The notes under the pieces are model-generated. The model did no database searches. It was given only the letters and a program-made list of their open reading frames with translations, and was not told the DNA's origin. The translations under genes and the position numbers were made by a program. This document shows, in pieces, positions 46,937 to 57,719 of a stretch of DNA of 64,000 nt (positions are counted from its first letter, which is position 1; every line of letters starts with the position of its first letter). Source of the stretch: an uncultured Mycoplasmatota bacterium. Its GTDB lineage: Bacteria > Bacillota_I > Bacilli_A > RF39 > UBA660. The stretch covers positions 6,821 through 70,820 of the forward strand of contig UQOS01000003.1 in assembly GCA_900542735.1 (NCBI GenBank), written 5' to 3'.

Positions 46937-47741
46937 AGTAGCATTGGATTTAGGATTTATACAAATATACTGGTATTCAGTTTTTATCTTTTTAGGAGTC
47001 TTTTTTGCTAGTATGGTAATATTAAGAGAAACAAAAAGGCAACACATTAATCAAGACTTTATGATTAATTTAATCTTTTATGGCGTTATCTTTGGTCTTA
47101 TTGGGGCAAGATTATATTATGTTTTATTTAATTTAGATTATTATTTAAAATACCCATTAGAAATTTTGGAAGTTTGGAATGGTGGTCTAGCAATTCATGG
47201 TGGAATTATTGTAGGATTATTAACTGTAATCTTATATACAAAAAAGTATCACGCAAAAACCTTAAAAGTATTAGATATCTTAGTAGTAGGTTTAATCTTA
47301 GGACAGGCTATTGGTAGATGGGGTAATTTCTTTAATGGCGAAGCATATGGAATGGTAACTACTTTAGAACATTTGCAGAAATTAGGATTACCAGACTATT
47401 TGATAAATGGAATGTATATTAATGGAGCTTACCATCAACCTACTTTTTTATATGAATCCATTTGGGACTTTTCAGGATTTATTGCTTTATTAATTGTAAG
47501 AAGATACAAATACCTAAAGAATGGTCAGCTAACCGGAGTATATTTAATTTGGTACTCAGTAGGAAGAATCATAATTGAAGGAATGCGTACAGATAGTCTA
47601 ATGTTAGGAAATTTCCGTATTGCCCAAATTGTATCTATTATATTAATTATCGTTGGAGTATTAATGTTATTTCTATGTAAAAAAGGAACAAGATTCGATA
47701 ACTTATATAAAGATAAAGAAGAAAAAGATATATTATTTTAA
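46929..47741 (+). CDS. lgt: Prolipoprotein diacylglyceryl transferase
   Basis: Lgt signature GRWGNFFNGEAYG plus HGGIIVG and 7 TM. Confidence 0.9.
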   Translation: MDRVALDLGFIQIYWYSVFIFLGVFFASMVILRETKRQHINQDFMINLIFYGVIFGLIGARLYYVLFNLDYYLKYPLEILEVWNGGLAIHGGIIVGLLTVILYTKKYHAKTLKVLDILVVGLILGQAIGRWGNFFNGEAYGMVTTLEHLQKLGLPDYLINGMYINGAYHQPTFLYESIWDFSGFIALLIVRRYKYLKNGQLTGVYLIWYSVGRIIIEGMRTDSLMLGNFRIAQIVSIILIIVGVLMLFLCKKGTRFDNLYKDKEEKDILF

Positions 47742-47750
47742 GGAGGCATT

Positions 47751-48650
47751 ATGTATCATACAGTAATTATAGGTTCTGGTGTAGCTGGAATGACAGCAGC
47801 CATATACTTAAAAAGAGCGCGTAAAGATATTTGTATTTTAGAAAATGGAGTACCTGGTGGTCAAATAACATTAGCATCATCTGTTGAAAACTATCCAGGT
47901 TTTTCTTCTATTACTGGTAGCGATTTAGCACTAAATATTTATAATCAAGTATTAAATTTAGGGGTTACCTATAAATATACAAAAGCAAATCAAGTTAAAG
48001 TAGAAGATGATTTTATTACTGTAATAACAGATAAAGAAGAAATTAAATGTAAAAATTTAATCATTGCAACCGGCAGAGCACCAAGAAAATTAGAAGTAAC
48101 ACTAGAAGATAGACTAGTAGGTAGTGGAATCAGTTTCTGTGCTACCTGTGATAGTAGTCTTTATAAAGACAAAAAAGTAGCCGTTGTTGGTGGTGGAACA
48201 GCAGCTTTAGAAGAAGCAATTTATCTATCTAAAATATGTAATAGTGTTACACTAATTCATAGAAGAGATACATTTAGTGCTACAGATGCCTTAGTAAATG
48301 ATGTCAAAAATACGAAAAATATAACGATTTTAACGAATAGAACGGTAAAAGAATTCAAAGTAAATGATAATAAATTATCTGGTATTGTGTTAGAAGATAA
48401 ACAGAATAATCAAGAAGAAATAACGGTAGACGGTTGTTTTGAATATATAGGTCAAGTACCAAATACAAAAATATTTGAAAACTTAGATATTCTAGATGAT
48501 AAAGGTTATGTAAATGTAGATAAAAATTATCAGACTAAAATATCTGGAATATATGCAGTTGGTGACTGTGTCAAAAAAGATTTATATCAAGTAGTAACTG
48601 CTTGTAGTGAAGGTGCAATTGCTGCAAACAATATCATAAAACAGAGATAG
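47751..48650 (+). CDS. trxB: Thioredoxin-disulfide reductase (low-MW TrxR family)
   Basis: FAD motif IIGSGVAGMTAA; redox-active CATCD; NADPH motif VVGGGTAALEEA; 299 aa. Confidence 0.75.
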   Translation: MYHTVIIGSGVAGMTAAIYLKRARKDICILENGVPGGQITLASSVENYPGFSSITGSDLALNIYNQVLNLGVTYKYTKANQVKVEDDFITVITDKEEIKCKNLIIATGRAPRKLEVTLEDRLVGSGISFCATCDSSLYKDKKVAVVGGGTAALEEAIYLSKICNSVTLIHRRDTFSATDALVNDVKNTKNITILTNRTVKEFKVNDNKLSGIVLEDKQNNQEEITVDGCFEYIGQVPNTKIFENLDILDDKGYVNVDKNYQTKISGIYAVGDCVKKDLYQVVTACSEGAIAANNIIKQR

Positions 48651-48659
48651 GAAGAGAAT

Positions 48660-49607
48660 ATGAAAAAGAAAATAGTAGTCTTCGGTGGTGGAACAGGATT
48701 ATCTAGTTTACTAAAAGGTTTAAAAGATTTCCCCGTAGAGATAACATCAGTAATCACCGTATCAGATAGTGGGCGTTCAACCGGAAAACTAAGAGAAGAA
48801 TTTTCAACTCCAGCCGTAGGAGATATTAGAAAGGTACTTACCAATTTATCAGAATTACCAGAAGAAATTAAAAGTATTATGGAATATCGCTTTGAAACAT
48901 ATAGTGATTTGGACGGCCACCCTTTAGGGAATCTAGTATTAACAGCTATGTTAAATAAAACCAAAAATCTAAAAACAAGCATTGAATATTTAAGTAAGTT
49001 ATTAGATGTAAAACATAAAGTATTACCATTATCAGAAGATTATCTAACTTTAATGGGAGAAACCATTGACGGTAAAATAATTGAGGGTGAAGATAAACTC
49101 ACAAAATCTCATACTCAGTATAAAAAAATATTTTATAAAGAAACTCCTCATGTAGAAAAAGAAGTATTAGAAAGTATAAGAGAAGCTGATTTAATTATTC
49201 TATCAATGGGAAGTTTATATACAAGTATTCTTCCTCACTTACTATGTAGTGAAGTGGTAAAAGAAATTAATAAAGCTAGTGCCAAGGTAATGTATTTATG
49301 TAATGCTATGACACAACCAGGTGAAACAGATAATTTTGGAGTAAGCGACCATATTAAGATATTAGAAAAATATTTAGGAAAAGATACAATTGATGTCGTA
49401 GTTGCTAGTAATACCAAAATTGATAATAAAATCCTAAAAAAATATGAAACAGAGGAACAAAAAGACCCTGTAATTATCGATTATGATAACTTAAACTTAG
49501 AAAACTTAGAATTAATTGAAGCAGATCTACTTACAACCATTGATAATACCATTCGCCATAATAGTTTAAAACTTAGCTCTATTATTTTCTCTTATTTAAT
49601 GAGGTGA
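48660..49607 (+). CDS. yvcK: Gluconeogenesis factor YvcK (UPF0052, CofD-like)
   Basis: IVVFGGGTGLSSLLKGLK and VSDSGRSTGKLREE motifs; precedes whiA as in Bacillus. Confidence 0.8.
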   Translation: MKKKIVVFGGGTGLSSLLKGLKDFPVEITSVITVSDSGRSTGKLREEFSTPAVGDIRKVLTNLSELPEEIKSIMEYRFETYSDLDGHPLGNLVLTAMLNKTKNLKTSIEYLSKLLDVKHKVLPLSEDYLTLMGETIDGKIIEGEDKLTKSHTQYKKIFYKETPHVEKEVLESIREADLIILSMGSLYTSILPHLLCSEVVKEINKASAKVMYLCNAMTQPGETDNFGVSDHIKILEKYLGKDTIDVVVASNTKIDNKILKKYETEEQKDPVIIDYDNLNLENLELIEADLLTTIDNTIRHNSLKLSSIIFSYLMR

Positions 49608-49611
49608 TACT

Positions 49612-50541
49612 ATGTCTTTTACAACCACAATCAAAGAAGAAATTTCTAGAATTGATAATACACGTTCAGAAAGTATCTCTGAATTATCTGGCTTTCTAAG
49701 AAATAATGGTAGTTGCACAGATACAACGATAGATCTTTTAACAGAAAATGCTACCGTTGCCAAAAGAATATACAAATTAATAAAAGATATCTATGATGTT
49801 ACCTGTGAAATTGAAAATCGAAAAAGTGTTAATTTTAGTAAAAACAACTTATATCTAATTATGATTAATGATAAAGTAGATTTTATTTTAAAAGATTTAT
49901 CAGTAATAGATGATTATGGTAATATTCTAGAAGAACCAAGTAATTATATATTAGGTTCAGAAGAAGAAATAAGAGCTTATTTAAGAGGTGCTTTTTTATC
50001 TAAGGGAAGTATCAATGACCCTAAAACTGCTAGATATCATTTAGAGTTTTTAATAGAAGAAAAGAAAGAAGCTAATATAATATCAAAGCTATTAAATGAA
50101 TTTGATTTAAATAGTAAAGTTTTATCTAGAGAAAAAGGATATATGGTTTATATTAAGGAAGCAGAAAAAATAGGAGACTTCTTAAGAATTATTCAAGCAA
50201 GTCAAGCTGTTTTATACTATGAGGATATTAGAATTTATCGTGATCATAAAAATATGACGAATCGCTTAAATAATATGGAACAAGCCAATATGGACAAAGT
50301 AGTAGAAACTGCTACTAAACAGATAGAAGATATTGAATACCTAAAAGAAAGTATAGGACTTGATCTATTAGATGATAAAACCAAAGAAGCAATTGAATAT
50401 CGTTTAAAATATCCAGAGTCTTCTTTATTAGAATTAAGTGAAATTATAAGTTATGAAACAGGAAAACCAATTACGAAATCAGGATTAAATCATCGTTTTC
50501 GTAAAATAAGAGAATTAGTAAACAAAATGAAAGAGGGATAA
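49612..50541 (+). CDS. whiA: Sporulation/cell-division DNA-binding regulator WhiA
   Basis: 309 aa; degenerate LAGLIDADG-type N-terminal domains and C-terminal HTH (KSGLNHRFRKIRELV). Confidence 0.85.
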   Translation: MSFTTTIKEEISRIDNTRSESISELSGFLRNNGSCTDTTIDLLTENATVAKRIYKLIKDIYDVTCEIENRKSVNFSKNNLYLIMINDKVDFILKDLSVIDDYGNILEEPSNYILGSEEEIRAYLRGAFLSKGSINDPKTARYHLEFLIEEKKEANIISKLLNEFDLNSKVLSREKGYMVYIKEAEKIGDFLRIIQASQAVLYYEDIRIYRDHKNMTNRLNNMEQANMDKVVETATKQIEDIEYLKESIGLDLLDDKTKEAIEYRLKYPESSLLELSEIISYETGKPITKSGLNHRFRKIRELVNKMKEG

Positions 50542-50542
50542 T

Positions 50543-51064
50543 ATGACAGTAAGACCACTAAGCATAAATCAAAATCAGTGTTGTGAGTTTCCCACTAATG
50601 CTATGGAAGAATTATCAGTAATGGCAGGTGGTTATATCATAACGCCACTAGGAGAAATTATTTTAGTATATGATAAAGAAAATCACTGTAATGTATTTTC
50701 AAAATATATAAATGAATATTTAGAAAGTAAAGAAAATATTCAATATGATACTTTATCAGCTACTAAAATATTATGTGAATTAGGGTGCTGTGTATATGCT
50801 GGAATTAGATTAGAATATATTAAAAATAAATTAGGAAATCTTGATAAAACACTAGTCACATTAACGATTCCTAATAATTCTGAAAATCTAACAGATATTC
50901 AAAAAACAATTTGTACAAAATTAATAGAATCTAATAAATCACGAATAAGTGGTAGAAAAATTTTTGATATTCAATATGGAAGTTTTCCAGATACTGTCTA
51001 TACAGAAGAGGAAGTAACAGAAATTTTAAAAAATACCAATGAAAAAAGGAACACCATCAATTAG
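50543..51064 (+). CDS. Hypothetical protein
   Basis: 173-aa ORF starting 2 nt after whiA stop; Cys-containing but no known motif. Confidence 0.3.
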   Translation: MTVRPLSINQNQCCEFPTNAMEELSVMAGGYIITPLGEIILVYDKENHCNVFSKYINEYLESKENIQYDTLSATKILCELGCCVYAGIRLEYIKNKLGNLDKTLVTLTIPNNSENLTDIQKTICTKLIESNKSRISGRKIFDIQYGSFPDTVYTEEEVTEILKNTNEKRNTIN

Positions 51065-51642
51065 TGTTTCTTTTCTATAATTTTATCAACAATTCCATAT
51101 TCTAAAGCTTCCTTACTATCCATAAAATTATCTCTTTCTGTATCTTTTTCGATAGTATCTAATTTTTGATTTGTGTTCTTAGCAAGAATTTCATTTAATT
51201 TATGTCTTAATTTTAAAATGTGTTCTGCCGCTATTTTAATTTCTGTTGCTTGACCCTGTGCTCCTCCTAATGGTTGATGAATCATAACCTCGGCATTAGG
51301 AAGAATATAGCGTTTCTTTTCCTCGCCAGAAGATAGTAAAAATGCAGCCATACTAGCAGCCATACCTAAACAAATAGTAGATACGCTACTCTTAACAAAA
51401 TTCATAGTATCATAAATAGCCATTCCTGCAGTAACAGAACCACCTGGTGAATTAATATATAAACTAATATCATCATGATTTAAGGAATCCAAATACAAAA
51501 GTTGTGCAACCACACTATTAGCAAGCATATCATCAATCTCACCACTTAAAAGAATAATTCTATTTTTAAGTAGTCTAGAAAAAATATCATAACTTCTTTC
51601 TCCATTATTTTCTTTATCTACAACCATTGGCACTAAACTCAT
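51061..51642 (-). CDS. clpP: ATP-dependent Clp protease proteolytic subunit
   Basis: Start ATG 51642 ([25 protein letters not shown]) with RBS GGGTGA; catalytic Ser in GMAASMAAF; His/Asp context conserved. Confidence 0.9.
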   Translation of the reverse strand: MSLVPMVVDKENNGERSYDIFSRLLKNRIILLSGEIDDMLANSVVAQLLYLDSLNHDDISLYINSPGGSVTAGMAIYDTMNFVKSSVSTICLGMAASMAAFLLSSGEEKKRYILPNAEVMIHQPLGGAQGQATEIKIAAEHILKLRHKLNEILAKNTNQKLDTIEKDTERDNFMDSKEALEYGIVDKIIEKKH

Positions 51643-51745
51643 AATTATCACCCATAATTATAATAGTGTAAATAAGCTCATTTTATACATTTATTAGTTA
51701 GACAAAATGTGATACAATGAAACTGTAAAAATAGAAGGTGATTTG

Positions 51746-52609
51746 ATGCTAGAAGAAATTAAAGAAGTATTAATCAAAGAAAAGAAAGATGAACTAGAAA
51801 GAAAAAAGAAAATTGATAATGAAATAAAAAAAACATTATTAGAAATAGATGAAAACGATAACAGAACTATGAATGAAATCCTTTCTATTCAATATGAAAA
51901 AGAAGCACTAAATAAAAAAACTTTAAATAGAATTTTTAATCATAAAAAAGTGTTAGAATTAGAATCTAAAATAGAGAAGCTTACAAAAGAAAATAATGTT
52001 AAAACAAAATCACTAATAGCTAAAATAGAATCTCTCTACCAAGAAATATATGATTTATCACATGATGAGGTATTAGTAGAAGAAGAAATTCATAAAATAA
52101 AACAAGCAACAAATGTACAAGAATTAGGTTTTACTGAAAAACAAGCACTAGCATTAATAAAGGGAAATGATGACCGTATTATACGTGCAATATTTAAAAA
52201 TATTAAAGAAAACTGTAATCTTTTAACAAGTCAAGATATTAAAAAAGTAATAGCTGAGCTATACAAAACGAATGTTTCGGCCTTTGTAGTAGCTATGAAG
52301 AAAAAATCACTAGAAGAAATCCTTTTATTACTTCAAGAAGCAGATATTAATATTGGAAAAGGAAAAGTAACCTTCTTAAAAAATATTTTAATCGAACATC
52401 AAACCTTTTCTATCGATGAAACTAATGAAATAAACAATTTAGATTATGAATATTATAAACAAGTACAAACTGAGTTAGGTTATATGCAAAAATCAAAAGA
52501 CTATCAGCAAACAGCAGTTTCTAAAATCATAACTTTAACAGCTTTAGTATCCATTGTAAAAGCAAATAGAAAAAAAGAAAAAGAAACACAAAAAGGGGAA
52601 TTATTATGA
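51746..52609 (+). CDS. Hypothetical coiled-coil protein
   Basis: ATG 51746 after AGGTGA; K/E-rich; stop overlaps start of next gene (ATGA). Confidence 0.3.
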   Translation: MLEEIKEVLIKEKKDELERKKKIDNEIKKTLLEIDENDNRTMNEILSIQYEKEALNKKTLNRIFNHKKVLELESKIEKLTKENNVKTKSLIAKIESLYQEIYDLSHDEVLVEEEIHKIKQATNVQELGFTEKQALALIKGNDDRIIRAIFKNIKENCNLLTSQDIKKVIAELYKTNVSAFVVAMKKKSLEEILLLLQEADINIGKGKVTFLKNILIEHQTFSIDETNEINNLDYEYYKQVQTELGYMQKSKDYQQTAVSKIITLTALVSIVKANRKKEKETQKGELL

Positions 52610-54255
52610 ATAAATTATCTGTGAATGTTGGTAACGAACTAATTGAAATTGACTACGGTACTACACTAGAATCATTATCTAAAAATTACCAATCATTATT
52701 TAAATATGAAATTATTGTAGCAAAAGTTGATGGTATCTATAAAGAATTAACTGAAACCATTACGAAAAACTGCGAAATCGAGTTTTTTGACTTAATGAAT
52801 CGTGGCGCTAATCAAATTTATTTAAATGGTTTAATTTATATGACGATTTATACTTTTAAGCATCTTTTTGGTAAATCAGCAAATTTAAAAGTAAATCACT
52901 CCCTAGATAAGGGAATCTATATAGAATCAACTATTAAAATAACAGAAGAAGATATCAAGAAACTAGAAGAAGAAATGAAGAAAGTAGTATCAGCTAATCT
53001 TCCCATTGAAAGACTAACAGTTTCTAGATTAGAAGCTATGGAGTATTTTAAAAATATTGGCGATACCGTGAAATCAGAAATTATGAAATATATTACTTCT
53101 ACTCATCTAACACTTTATAAATTAAATGATATGTATAATTATTTCTATAGTTTAATGCCAACTTCTACCAAAGTATTATCACATTTTGAATTAACTTATT
53201 TAAATGAAGATGGCTTTGTTTTAAGATTTCCTACTGTCTATATGAAAGATGGTATTAAGCCATTTGAACGTAGAGAAAACATTTTTAATCTATTTAAAGA
53301 ATCTAAGAGTTGGGCTCAAAATCTATCTTTAGAAAATGTAGTAGATTTAAATAAAAGAGTATCGAATAGTACCATTGATGAATTAATTCAAATTGATGAA
53401 CTTATGAAAAATCATGGTCTTATGGAATTAGCTAAAAAGATAATTAGTCAAGAAAAAGCTAAAATAGTATTATTAGCAGGACCATCTTCAACCGGTAAAA
53501 CAACTACTACCAACAAATTAACCCTATGTCTAAAAAGTTTAGGAAAAACACCAGTTATGTTATCTATGGACGATTTCTTTGTAGATAGAAAAGATACACC
53601 ACTAGATGAACAAGGTAATCCAGATTTTGAAAGACTAGAAGCAGTAGATTTAAAACTATTTGAAGAAACAATAGAAAACCTATTACAGCAAAAAGAAACG
53701 ATAGTACCAACCTACAACTTTATTTTAGGAGAAAAAGAATTTAATAGAAAACTAAAACTATCTCAAGATGATATCTTATTAATAGAAGGAATCCATGCCC
53801 TAAATCCTAAAGTGTTAGAACATATTCCAAAAGAAAAGAAAATAACGATTTATTTATCAGCTCTAACAGAATTAAATATTGATAATCATGTTCGTGTTTC
53901 CACAACAGATAATCGCTTATTGCGTAGAATTGTGCGTGATAATAGAACACGTGGCAATAAAGTAGAAGATACTTTGAAGAATTGGACTAAAGTAAGAGAT
54001 GGAGAAGAAAACTATATTTTTCCATATCAAGATGAAGCAGATTATACTTTTAACACTGCTATGATTTATGAATTAGGGGTTTTAAAAACCTTTGTAGAAC
54101 CATTACTATACTCAGTAGAACCAACCTCTCCTTACTATAATGAAGCAATTCGTTTAATTAATTTCTTACGATTATTTTTACCAATTTCTTCTGAAACAGT
54201 ACCAAAAGATTCTATTTTAAGAGAATTCATTGGTGGCGGTTGTTTCAAAGTATAA
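52606..54255 (+). CDS. TGS-domain / uridine-kinase (PRK-family P-loop NTP kinase) fusion protein
   Basis: N-terminal ThrRS/TGS-like region (NVGNELIEIDYGTTLESL...AKVDGIYKEL) and C-terminal kinase with Walker A LLAGPSSTGKTTTT and Walker B-like SMDDFF. Confidence 0.55.
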   Translation: MNKLSVNVGNELIEIDYGTTLESLSKNYQSLFKYEIIVAKVDGIYKELTETITKNCEIEFFDLMNRGANQIYLNGLIYMTIYTFKHLFGKSANLKVNHSLDKGIYIESTIKITEEDIKKLEEEMKKVVSANLPIERLTVSRLEAMEYFKNIGDTVKSEIMKYITSTHLTLYKLNDMYNYFYSLMPTSTKVLSHFELTYLNEDGFVLRFPTVYMKDGIKPFERRENIFNLFKESKSWAQNLSLENVVDLNKRVSNSTIDELIQIDELMKNHGLMELAKKIISQEKAKIVLLAGPSSTGKTTTTNKLTLCLKSLGKTPVMLSMDDFFVDRKDTPLDEQGNPDFERLEAVDLKLFEETIENLLQQKETIVPTYNFILGEKEFNRKLKLSQDDILLIEGIHALNPKVLEHIPKEKKITIYLSALTELNIDNHVRVSTTDNRLLRRIVRDNRTRGNKVEDTLKNWTKVRDGEENYIFPYQDEADYTFNTAMIYELGVLKTFVEPLLYSVEPTSPYYNEAIRLINFLRLFLPISSETVPKDSILREFIGGGCFKV

Positions 54256-54295
54256 ACTATGTTAAAATAACCTCCTGTAGTGGGAGGTTTTTCTA

Positions 54296-54624
54296 TGAAT
54301 GTAAAGAAATATCTTGTAGAAAATAGTGAATACTTTATGAATGAGTTAGAAAGACAGTTATGTATACAAGGAATATCATATGTTAGAATAGAAAATGAAT
54401 TTCATTTTAATAATCAAATTATTCGTTTTTTTGATTTTGATGATTTAAAAATACTATTGCCAGTTTTAATGAAAGAAGAACTAAAAGAAGAATCATTAGA
54501 ATTTTACCAAATAGTAGGAAAACAAGAATATAAAAGAGTAGTGCCATATTATGAATCAAGAAATAAAAAAATGAATAGGCAAGAATCTCACCTAGTAAAA
54601 CAAAAATTAAAAACAAAAAGATAA
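54296..54624 (+). CDS. Hypothetical protein
   Basis: ATG 54296 after RBS GGGAGG; basic C-terminus. Confidence 0.3.
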
Positions 54625-54636
54625 GAGTATCTAATA

Positions 54637-55320
54637 TCAGATACTTTTATTATGGAAAAATTTACTAGAACAGATATAAATATAATCCTCTAATTCTGGA
54701 AACATTTCCTTAAACTCTATTAATTTATCACTATCTACTTCATCAAATAGGAAAAATTTATCATCTTTATCAATTTTTAAATGATTATTCATTTCTTCTA
54801 GATAAGGTTTACGAAAAGAGGGATTAGAAATTGTATAAAACTGCATTCCATCAACTTCATTTTCAAAATTAGTACCAAGTTTAGCATTTATTTGATAATT
54901 CTTTAAATTGGAAAGCATATCTTGAGAACTACTTTGAATATAAATATTTGGGTAATCTCTTACCAAATAAGTAAGATACTGTGAAAATAATAAATTATCA
55001 CTACCATAATCAGAAAGATTAAAAATTAATACTTTGTTACTATCTTTAAACAATTCAAGAGCTTCTTTTAAAGAAATCACCTGATGCCTTTTGACTCTAT
55101 TTCCTAAATTATATTTTTTAATATCTTCTAAAGTAAGTTTCTTAATTTCTTTATTAAAAATATTATCATTATGATAAATAACGATTTCCTTATCTTTCGT
55201 AAAATTAAGATTTAACATAACGCCATCAACCGTTTTATTATGAAGACTTAAAAGCAAAGAATCTCTACTATTAATGGGTGCATATTTAGAAGAAAGTCCA
55301 TTTTTAATAATAAATTTCAT
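54637..55320 (-). CDS. Glycerophosphodiester phosphodiesterase-like protein (catalytic residues apparently degenerate)
   Basis: 227 aa; GDPD-like N-terminal pattern (INSRDSLLLSLHNKTVDGVMLNLNFTKDKEIVIYHND) but lacking the usual HR...E..D catalytic set. Confidence 0.4.
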   Translation of the reverse strand: MKFIIKNGLSSKYAPINSRDSLLLSLHNKTVDGVMLNLNFTKDKEIVIYHNDNIFNKEIKKLTLEDIKKYNLGNRVKRHQVISLKEALELFKDSNKVLIFNLSDYGSDNLLFSQYLTYLVRDYPNIYIQSSSQDMLSNLKNYQINAKLGTNFENEVDGMQFYTISNPSFRKPYLEEMNNHLKIDKDDKFFLFDEVDSDKLIEFKEMFPELEDYIYICSSKFFHNKSI

Positions 55321-55459
55321 GTGCCACCTCTACTATAAAACTTATGCTAAAAATACTTATCTATTCTAATAATAAAGTGACAACTTCTGTATAGTTTAAT
55401 AGTATGTATTGAATGATTTTAGGGAAAACTATATAATAAAATTAGAAAGGATAGATATT

Positions 55460-56464
55460 ATGAAAGTAGCAATTAACGGTTTTGGTAGAATTGGAAGACT
55501 TGCATTTAGACAAATGTTTCATAAAGATGGAATTGAAATAGTAGCAATTAATGATTTAACATCTCCAGAAATGTTAGCATATTTATTAAAATACGATTCT
55601 GCCCAGAAAAAATATGAATTAAGTGATACCATTGAAAGTACAGAAGATTCTATTATTGTAGATAAGGAAGAAATAAAAATATTAAAAGAAGCAGATCCTA
55701 GTAAATTACCATGGAAGGAATTAGATGTTGATGTAGTTTTAGAATGTACTGGTTTCTTTACTTCTTATGAAAAAGCTTATCTTCACATTGAGGCTGGTGC
55801 TAAAAAGGTAATTATTTCTGCTCCAGCTGGTAATATTCCAACTATTGTGTATGGAGTAAATGAAAATACATTAACTAATAATGATAACATTATATCAGCA
55901 GCATCATGTACCACAAATTGTCTTGCTCCAATGGCTAAATTTTTAAATGAACTTGCTCCTATCACATCAGGAATTATGACAACTATTCATGCCTATACTG
56001 GAGATCAAATGTTATTAGACGGTCCTCATCGTAAAGGAAACTTGCGTAGAGCTAGAGCAGCAGCTATCAATATCGTACCAAATTCAACAGGAGCAGCTAA
56101 AGCAATTGGTTTAGTAATTCCAGAATTAGATGGAAAATTAGTAGGTAGTGCCAAAAGAGTACCAGTACCAGATGGCTCTTTAACAATTTTAGATGCCGTT
56201 GTTGAAAAAAAGGTAACACTAGAAGAAATTAATAATTACATGAAAGAAAAACAATCAGATTCTTATGCCTATACTGAAGAAGAAATTGTATCTAGTGATA
56301 TTATTGGTGATACTCATGGCTCTATCTTTGATGCAACGCAAACCAAAGTAGTACCATTAGGAGAAGATAAAACTTTAGTCCAAATAGTAGCTTGGTATGA
56401 TAATGAAAACTCATATACCTCTCAAATGGTAAGAGTAGCTAAGTATTTAATGACTAAAATGTAA
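55460..56464 (+). CDS. gap: Glyceraldehyde-3-phosphate dehydrogenase
   Basis: ATG 55460 ([13 protein letters not shown]) after AAGGA; active site [10 protein letters not shown]. Confidence 0.95.
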   Translation: MKVAINGFGRIGRLAFRQMFHKDGIEIVAINDLTSPEMLAYLLKYDSAQKKYELSDTIESTEDSIIVDKEEIKILKEADPSKLPWKELDVDVVLECTGFFTSYEKAYLHIEAGAKKVIISAPAGNIPTIVYGVNENTLTNNDNIISAASCTTNCLAPMAKFLNELAPITSGIMTTIHAYTGDQMLLDGPHRKGNLRRARAAAINIVPNSTGAAKAIGLVIPELDGKLVGSAKRVPVPDGSLTILDAVVEKKVTLEEINNYMKEKQSDSYAYTEEEIVSSDIIGDTHGSIFDATQTKVVPLGEDKTLVQIVAWYDNENSYTSQMVRVAKYLMTKM

Positions 56465-56529
56465 GATTAAGAGAAGCAAATTCTCTTTTTTTTTAACCAG
56501 TTTTAGAGTATAATGAAAATGGTGATGAT

Positions 56530-57711
56530 ATGAAGAAAACAGTTAGAGATTATAACCTAAATAATAAAAAAGTAATCATAAGATGTGATTTTAATGTACC
56601 AATGAAAGATAATAAAATTATAGATGATAACAGAATTAGAGAAAGCCTAGAAACTATTCTATATTGTATAAATCATAACGCAAAAGTAATTCTATTATCT
56701 CACTTAGGAAGAATCAAAACAAAAGAAGACTTAGAAAAGAACAGTTTAAAACCTGTTGCTACTAGATTAAGTAAATTATTAGGACAAAATGTAGTATTCG
56801 TTCCTAAAACAAGAGGAAAAGAAGTAGAAGAAATAGTAGCTAATATGAATCCTAAAGATGTGATTCTATTAGAAAATACGCGCTTTGAAGACTTAGATGG
56901 AAAAAAAGAAAGTACAAATGATATAGAATTAGGAAAATATTGGGCATCACTTGGTGACATTTTTATAAATGATGCCTTTGGTACCATTCATAGAAGTCAT
57001 GCATCTAATGTAGGAATTGCTAGTAATATTCCAAATGGAATTGGTTTTCTTGTGGAAAAGGAATTAAAACATTTATCTAAATTAGAAAACCCCAATAGAC
57101 CATACGCCGTAATATTAGGTGGTGCAAAAGTATCAGATAAATTAGGCGTAATTGAAAACTTAATCACTAAAGCAGACTATATGATAATAGGTGGCGCAAT
57201 GGCTTTTACTTTTTTAAAAGCAGAAGGTTATGAAACTGGTAAGTCCTTAGTAGAAGATGATTTTATTTCTAACTGTAAAGAATTATTAAAAAAGTACCCT
57301 AATAAAATTATATTACCAAAAGATGTTGTGGTAGCAAAAGAAATAGGAGAAAATCAAGAAAGTATAATTAAAAAAATAACAGATTTATCAAATGATGATA
57401 TAGGCTTAGATTTAGGAACTAACACCATTAATTACCTAAAAGAAATTTTAAAAAATGTTAAAACAGTAGTATGGAATGGTCCATTAGGTTATTATGAAAT
57501 AGAAAAATATCAACAAGCAACCAAAGAAATCTTAAAGTTTTTAACAGAAAATAATATTGAAACTATTTTAGGTGGAGGAGATATTGTAGCAGCTAGTCAA
57601 GAATTAGGTTATAAAGAAAAAGTAAGTCATGCATCAACTGGTGGCGGAGCAACCCTTGAATATCTAGAAGGTAAGAAATTGCCAGGTTTAGAAATAATAG
57701 AAGAAAATTAG
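56530..57711 (+). CDS. pgk: Phosphoglycerate kinase
   Basis: 393 aa; PGK motifs (RCDFNVP; GGGASLE-like GGGATLEYLEGK). Confidence 0.95.
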   Translation: MKKTVRDYNLNNKKVIIRCDFNVPMKDNKIIDDNRIRESLETILYCINHNAKVILLSHLGRIKTKEDLEKNSLKPVATRLSKLLGQNVVFVPKTRGKEVEEIVANMNPKDVILLENTRFEDLDGKKESTNDIELGKYWASLGDIFINDAFGTIHRSHASNVGIASNIPNGIGFLVEKELKHLSKLENPNRPYAVILGGAKVSDKLGVIENLITKADYMIIGGAMAFTFLKAEGYETGKSLVEDDFISNCKELLKKYPNKIILPKDVVVAKEIGENQESIIKKITDLSNDDIGLDLGTNTINYLKEILKNVKTVVWNGPLGYYEIEKYQQATKEILKFLTENNIETILGGGDIVAASQELGYKEKVSHASTGGGATLEYLEGKKLPGLEIIEEN

Positions 57712-57719
57712 GAGTTATC

